Shown here one piece after another: positions 60,001 to 64,000 of a stretch of 64,000 nucleotides of DNA. Numbering within the stretch: position 1 is the stretch's first letter; each line of letters opens with the position of its first letter. Below the pieces are notes generated by a model. The model was not told the DNA's origin. It did not search any database and saw nothing but the letters and a program-made list of their open reading frames with translations. A program made the position numbers and the translations under genes. The DNA comes from Candidatus Poribacteria bacterium (GTDB lineage Bacteria > Poribacteria > WGA-4E > JAJDTR01), in contig CBDCTK010000002.1 of the NCBI GenBank assembly GCA_965222225.1, forward strand, positions 3,456,001 through 3,520,000, given 5' to 3'.

Positions 60001-62450
60001 TAGGGACTGTAAATGTTGGAATTGCCGCCGACGCGGTAATTGAGGAGGTTCTTCTTGAGTATCGCAAACTCTCTGAAAATGATACGGAATGGACTGAGAT
60101 TCGTAGCCTTGCAGCGCGTGGACGGCATTTCAACGAAGAAAAAATCGCACAATGGAATACGGTGGAAGTACCGGATGGCGAGTATCAGCTAAGGCTTACC
60201 GCTGTTGATAATCACGGCTACAAATCTGAAACGATGCGCAAATTAATTCTGGACAATACTCACCCCAAGGCATCCATTACATCGCCTCAAGATGGGACAG
60301 TCCTGCCGGCTGGAAATATTGATGTGGTGGGCGTTGCCACGGATAAACATTTCCTTCAATATGAATTGCAAGTCTTGCACGATGAAAACAATGAGGTCAT
60401 CCGCGCCACAAGTACGTCCGTCGAGAATGGATTACTAGGGCAATGGAATGCGGCAAGCCTCGAAGGCGAGTGCACACTCCGACTTACTGTGCGAGACAGA
60501 GCCGGACTCGTGACATCTGCAGAAGTGAACGTCATTCTTGATGCAAGTGAAGTCACCGCCCGAATTAACTCACCAAAGGCGGACGAATTTGTGGAAGAGA
60601 TTGTGCAAATTACCGGTACTGTACAGGACGAAAACTTCAGCCATTTTGAACTCTTGTTCCGACCATCAGATGCGCAGAGCCGGTCTCCTAAGGGAGAAAT
60701 CTCCGTTGTTGATTCCGGTCAGCCGAAGAGTGACGAACCGTTAGCAGATTGGGAAACGCCAAGGCTCGACGAAGCCTACGAACTCCATGTTCTTGCATTC
60801 GATCTCTCTGGCAAGCAATCCGAGCATTCAGTGCCAGTATTTATTGACAATCTCGAGCCAAAGGCAGAGATTATCAGTCCCAATGATGGGAAACCGCTGT
60901 CGGGTACAGTCGAGATTATCGGGACGGCGAACGATGCACATTTTCAGGACTACCAACTGGAAGTTCGTCCCGCAAGTCATGCTAATGACTGGACGCCTAT
61001 CTTGGCGTTTCCGTCAACACAACCGAAGCGAGCTGAGGTTCTCGCATCCTGGGTCACTCCGCCAACCGAGGAGGATTACGATATTCGCCTCACTGTTACA
61101 GATCAGTCGGGAAAATCAAGCACATCTTCTGTGCGCGTGACAGTCGATAACCTATTGCCACGCGTTAAAATCAATTCTCCTGCCAATAACGAGCTCGTGT
61201 CGGGAACAACTGAGATTCGCGGAGTCGCTACAGATACAAACTTGGTTATTCATCGGTTCGATGTGCGAGCCATGGGAGGCGGCGATTGGCAAAAGATCAG
61301 TCAATCCGATGCCTCAGGAGAGGTAACTGCCCAATGGACACCGCCGGAAGTGGAAGGTGAATACACCATCCGCTTGATGGCTGAAGATGAGTCGGGAAAT
61401 CCAGCAACGGAGGCGCACGTCACAGTAGTTGTCGATCGGGTTCCACCTCAAGCGGAAATCCTTTCTCCCATAGAAAACCAACAATTGCCCCAACAAGTCG
61501 AGATTCGTGGGACAGCACACGATCGAAATTTCGGAGAATACGTTATTGAGTACAGTAGCGAAGAATCTCCCGACATCTGGCTGCCCATTTCGAAACCATC
61601 AGCGTTTTTGAATCCCGTCACGCGCAGCACACTGGCAATATGGACCGCCTCTGAATTGGCGGGACTGTTCAGATTGCGACTTCGTGTGGAAGATCGAGCA
61701 GGCCACCGCGCACAGGACGAAGTCCAAGTGTATCTCAGTTCAACTTTAGGACGAACAAGCGGCGGAGTAGTACAAAGTCAGGATGGGCGTGCGCAGATCA
61801 CCTTCCCGTCTAATAGTTTGCCAGATCGCACAGTTGTAACAATTAATCCGGTTTCCGACACCCGGTCAGAAAGGCTAGACGGAATAGATGAAGGGCGAGG
61901 AACTCCCATATTGAGTTTAGATTACGAATTTGCACCGACAGATTTACGTTTACACGATCTGAAGCCTGCTACAATTGAATTTGCGATTGATATGCTCCCC
62001 GACTCTTTCGAATTGACAATCGTCCGGATGAACGGTGGTAGATGGGAGCAAATCGGTGGAACGATTGATAGGCAAGGCGGCAGAATCTCAACAGCCATCT
62101 TGAATCTTGGACGCTTTGCAGTTGCCACGTCGTCACGAGAAGATTCCGTAGGAGTGATTATCAGCAATTTGACATGCCAGCCTCGTCTCTTTTCTCCAAA
62201 TCGCGGCGAGTCGACGGACATCTCTTTTCGACTCTCCCGTAGTACCGATGTCACCATCAAAATCTACAATGAAGCGGGGCGATTACGTCGAGTATTGAAG
62301 AATTCGGAACATCTATTTGCAGGGACCAATGTCCTCAGGTGGGATGGGCGAGCCGATGATGGTCAGCTCGTTGAAAGCAATTTCTATATCGTCACAGTTG
62401 AAGGTGAAGGTAAACTGGGAACGAAAACGGTTGTCGTGAAAAACCACTAG
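57066..62450 (+). CDS. Large secreted protein: Reg_prop beta-propellers, tandem Ig-like repeats, FlgD-Ig C-terminus
   Basis: GL..N.V.AI..D..G.IW.GT..G repeats; many DN..P...I.SP...GTA.D...LRL.V.D..G units; FSPN...IYN.AG...WDGR. Confidence 0.9.
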   Translation: MDSVLKKFKNPLIRCAFRLLTFLLVFAGYLVPFISSAQQNFQWRNFSRIGDGLGSNNVRSIAADHRGGIWLATSEGLSYFNGFWHNFDAPSGDVSQVFEDRDGFIWTTTDIGIHQGIFNRNLNQIDWQHHYSIETGLIDNRVLTAIQRGSDGATGNEGEIWVGTPIGVIWSDGEAWHPVLNAVDGGRLNAGVQTIYEDKAGGLWFGLLPGDSDKLSHFDGVQWRVFSGDDGLPKGDVHAIVADDTGNLWVGTTEGVAVYDGSNWEIFTTINSPLIDNDVQAMMRDREGVIWIGTTSGISLFDRGEWSQLTKANGLASNNVQAIFESQNGDIWVGTRDNGVSFSDRSWEPITTYDGLNDNQVIAMSTDQNNQVWVGTPTGLNLYTQNGVETIPHLQGREIRKITADVEVDGKIWVGTNQGLAMFDGNVWEFLRIEAETNEIQAIAVDLAGDVWGSTGILLEGEPGFLSSLNRYDGVQWHSEQEIFQQIDRTIVAMFVDSRERIYFGTLSNGGSDSGLWVLDVEVLKRVDLSGHGDIRAIIETADGTIWIGTEIGIRVLDGDTLHSTAWLTTNQGLVDNDVQVLYRDRSNRIWIGTVDGVSLFQDGQFTRELTASDGLNSNNISAITQVGETFWFGSPDDGISVFNPEMIPPDTRITSGPTQGETIGDTSVIFKFEGGDASTPTAELRYIYQIDDKDPVMTDDDGHDKRVPLPNLDEGIHHFTVRAIDREENYDPVGAMAEFAVDSIPPRVNISSPKPSKVIRATYLVEGTATDETDFLNYQIQIFVGDSLTGKPVLATPFFSADSVESSTLYSWDTHTLSDGTYTIWLSARDTINGSFDQQHYSEARVSVEVDNTPPTINIRSPLPTSTISGSATVSIELDDAHLKQYTLEYALQEGTNDADWIPIREDQNNESVVFVIWDTSSLDGKIYVRASAQDLAGNTGRSEIVSYLLDNEAARPIVSLIKPEEGGTPVAQGLNIIGTVNVGIAADAVIEEVLLEYRKLSENDTEWTEIRSLAARGRHFNEEKIAQWNTVEVPDGEYQLRLTAVDNHGYKSETMRKLILDNTHPKASITSPQDGTVLPAGNIDVVGVATDKHFLQYELQVLHDENNEVIRATSTSVENGLLGQWNAASLEGECTLRLTVRDRAGLVTSAEVNVILDASEVTARINSPKADEFVEEIVQITGTVQDENFSHFELLFRPSDAQSRSPKGEISVVDSGQPKSDEPLADWETPRLDEAYELHVLAFDLSGKQSEHSVPVFIDNLEPKAEIISPNDGKPLSGTVEIIGTANDAHFQDYQLEVRPASHANDWTPILAFPSTQPKRAEVLASWVTPPTEEDYDIRLTVTDQSGKSSTSSVRVTVDNLLPRVKINSPANNELVSGTTEIRGVATDTNLVIHRFDVRAMGGGDWQKISQSDASGEVTAQWTPPEVEGEYTIRLMAEDESGNPATEAHVTVVVDRVPPQAEILSPIENQQLPQQVEIRGTAHDRNFGEYVIEYSSEESPDIWLPISKPSAFLNPVTRSTLAIWTASELAGLFRLRLRVEDRAGHRAQDEVQVYLSSTLGRTSGGVVQSQDGRAQITFPSNSLPDRTVVTINPVSDTRSERLDGIDEGRGTPILSLDYEFAPTDLRLHDLKPATIEFAIDMLPDSFELTIVRMNGGRWEQIGGTIDRQGGRISTAILNLGRFAVATSSREDSVGVIISNLTCQPRLFSPNRGESTDISFRLSRSTDVTIKIYNEAGRLRRVLKNSEHLFAGTNVLRWDGRADDGQLVESNFYIVTVEGEGKLGTKTVVVKNH

Positions 62451-62718
62451 CTTTATACAGGCCTTGTTCGACATATCAATCAAGAATTTCGACACATTTA
62501 GTCTGCAAGGAATTACACTCTCGTTGGCACGGCCCACAAATCGAATCAATGAAATAGTCCACACCGCCAGATTTGAACCCCGCCGTAATTTTCCGCCGTG
62601 CCCAGCAACATAGGCAAGTTTTCAAGAGACTTGCCCCTCGGAATGGTAGATGCCTACTACTCGCAGGATACGCTTAGGCTGAAAAAAGGGATTGATGAAT
62701 TCTAGTTTTTGAAACCCC

Positions 62719-62748
62719 TTGACAACACCGCAAGCACTCAAACATAAT
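62719..62748 (+). promoter_or_regulatory. Candidate sigma70 promoter
   Basis: TTGACA-18 nt-CATAAT, ending 7 nt before the ATG (possibly a leaderless transcript). Confidence 0.5.
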
Positions 62749-62755
62749 AGGCGAA

Positions 62756-64000
62756 ATGCGATTCTGTCTTTCAATTCCCCTCCTTCTACTAACCGTTACG
62801 ACTTATGCTGTCGAAGAGTACACATTGCCCGGAACCCGTCCAATTGGAATGGGCGGAGCTTACACGGCAAGTGCTGACGATGGTAATATCGTCCGTCGAA
62901 ATCCCGCCGGACTCCCGCGCTTGGGGATTTATACCTTTGAACTTGAACGCACACGTTTATTTGGCCAATTGGAGACGAATTATCTTAGTGCAGTAATTCC
63001 GATTTCCGAAAAATCCGCGCTTGGCACCGACTGGATTAACGTTGGAATTAATGACGATGAACTAAAGGCCGGACGGAGTCGCTTTAACTTTTCTTACGGT
63101 TACCTTCCATCAACATACCTCTCGGTTGGAGTAAATCTCAAATATGTCACTCAATCTGTTTCGCTAGATAAAGAATCGCGAGGTGCGGCAGACGGCTGGG
63201 GCACTGATTTCGGTGTCATAGTTCACCCTACTCGCCGCTGGTCGGTCGGAATTTTTGCCCAAGATGTAATTAGTTTTGGATCGGTTGAAGGGCTCGCGCG
63301 TGGCATGTGGGTTCGTCACGATACGACGGGTTTCAGCGAGGAGATTTCCAACACAGTCTACAAGTTTGGTGTGGCGTATCGTCCAACCTCACGATGGTTA
63401 CTCGCGGCAGATCTGACCGATAGGTTCCACCTCGGAACAGAATTTCTCCCGAATATCAATTTTGCGATACGCGCCGGACTTCAGAAAGATTTAGACATCC
63501 GTGAAGCCCCGACTTATTCTCTGGGAGGCAGTGTGAAATTCAGGTGGCTGAATTTCAACACGGCATATCTGATACCTCCAACATTACCAGCGACGATCTA
63601 TGTCGGGCTATCATTCAATTTCGATTATCGAAAACTGCCAGTGCGCATTGAACACATACGCATGCAGGATCTCTACCCGGTTCATTATCATTACTACGCT
63701 TCCCCCAACCGCGAATCTCAAACTATTACGTACCCTGAACCCAGCGCACCGCCGGTACTTACCGACGCGGACCGAGAACGGTACTACCCGTTGACATCTT
63801 CGGATACTATTGGTAGAATTTGGCTCAAGAATGAAAGCGACAAGCCCAGAACCGTGCATATTAAGCTCTTCATGGACAGTTTTGTTAGCAGAGATGGCAC
63901 GGAAGTTGCTTTAGGTGATATTGAGTTGGCTCCGCGCAAACGTATTTCGGTCCCCATTCGCCAACTTGTTCTAACTTCAAGCGCCGTGGAATTGTCGCAA
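62756..64000 (+). CDS. PorV/PorQ(FadL)-like outer-membrane barrel protein with C-terminal extension (runs off window; absent from ORF track)
   Basis: MRFCLSIPLLLLTVTTYA signal peptide; GTRPIGMGGAYTASADD...NPAGL signature; alternating beta-strand pattern. Confidence 0.8.
   Translation, partial: MRFCLSIPLLLLTVTTYAVEEYTLPGTRPIGMGGAYTASADDGNIVRRNPAGLPRLGIYTFELERTRLFGQLETNYLSAVIPISEKSALGTDWINVGINDDELKAGRSRFNFSYGYLPSTYLSVGVNLKYVTQSVSLDKESRGAADGWGTDFGVIVHPTRRWSVGIFAQDVISFGSVEGLARGMWVRHDTTGFSEEISNTVYKFGVAYRPTSRWLLAADLTDRFHLGTEFLPNINFAIRAGLQKDLDIREAPTYSLGGSVKFRWLNFNTAYLIPPTLPATIYVGLSFNFDYRKLPVRIEHIRMQDLYPVHYHYYASPNRESQTITYPEPSAPPVLTDADRERYYPLTSSDTIGRIWLKNESDKPRTVHIKLFMDSFVSRDGTEVALGDIELAPRKRISVPIRQLVLTSSAVELSQ

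Noticed and set aside
62805-62996. 63-aa ORF from the track
   Set aside because: Out-of-frame overlap with the PorV-like gene that starts at 62756

Overview
Bacterial chromosomal window, most likely Candidatus Poribacteria (inferred from three PhyH dioxygenases, DUF1501 and DUF1549/1553 genes, LamG proteins with a C-terminal TWGxIK tail and a cohesin/dockerin protein with an NYPNPFNPETW C-terminal domain). It carries housekeeping genes (pyrK, bioB, murB, pbpC, purE, recG, a tRNA nucleotidyltransferase, MoxR), many secreted proteins, a stand-alone family A DNA polymerase without a 5'-3' nuclease, an IS1595-family transposase, a decayed IS1 and three MITE-like elements. No rRNA, tRNA or CRISPR was recognised. 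The strongest unexplained signal is a non-palindromic 35-nt unit (consensus about CAANCGANYGRATARNGAGNGCGATAGARATCCCT) found in 10 intergenic copies. It usually follows GAT, sits without target duplication inside REP-like hairpins (empty versions of one site are in this window), varies at fixed positions, and is sometimes followed by 5'-truncated copies. That pattern suggests templated addition onto DNA ends rather than ordinary transposition. Also notable: a shared short C-terminal motif on five adjacent secreted proteins of two unrelated folds, and a 70-aa insertion next to the ExoI motif of the polymerase. All assignments were made by eye, without database searches.
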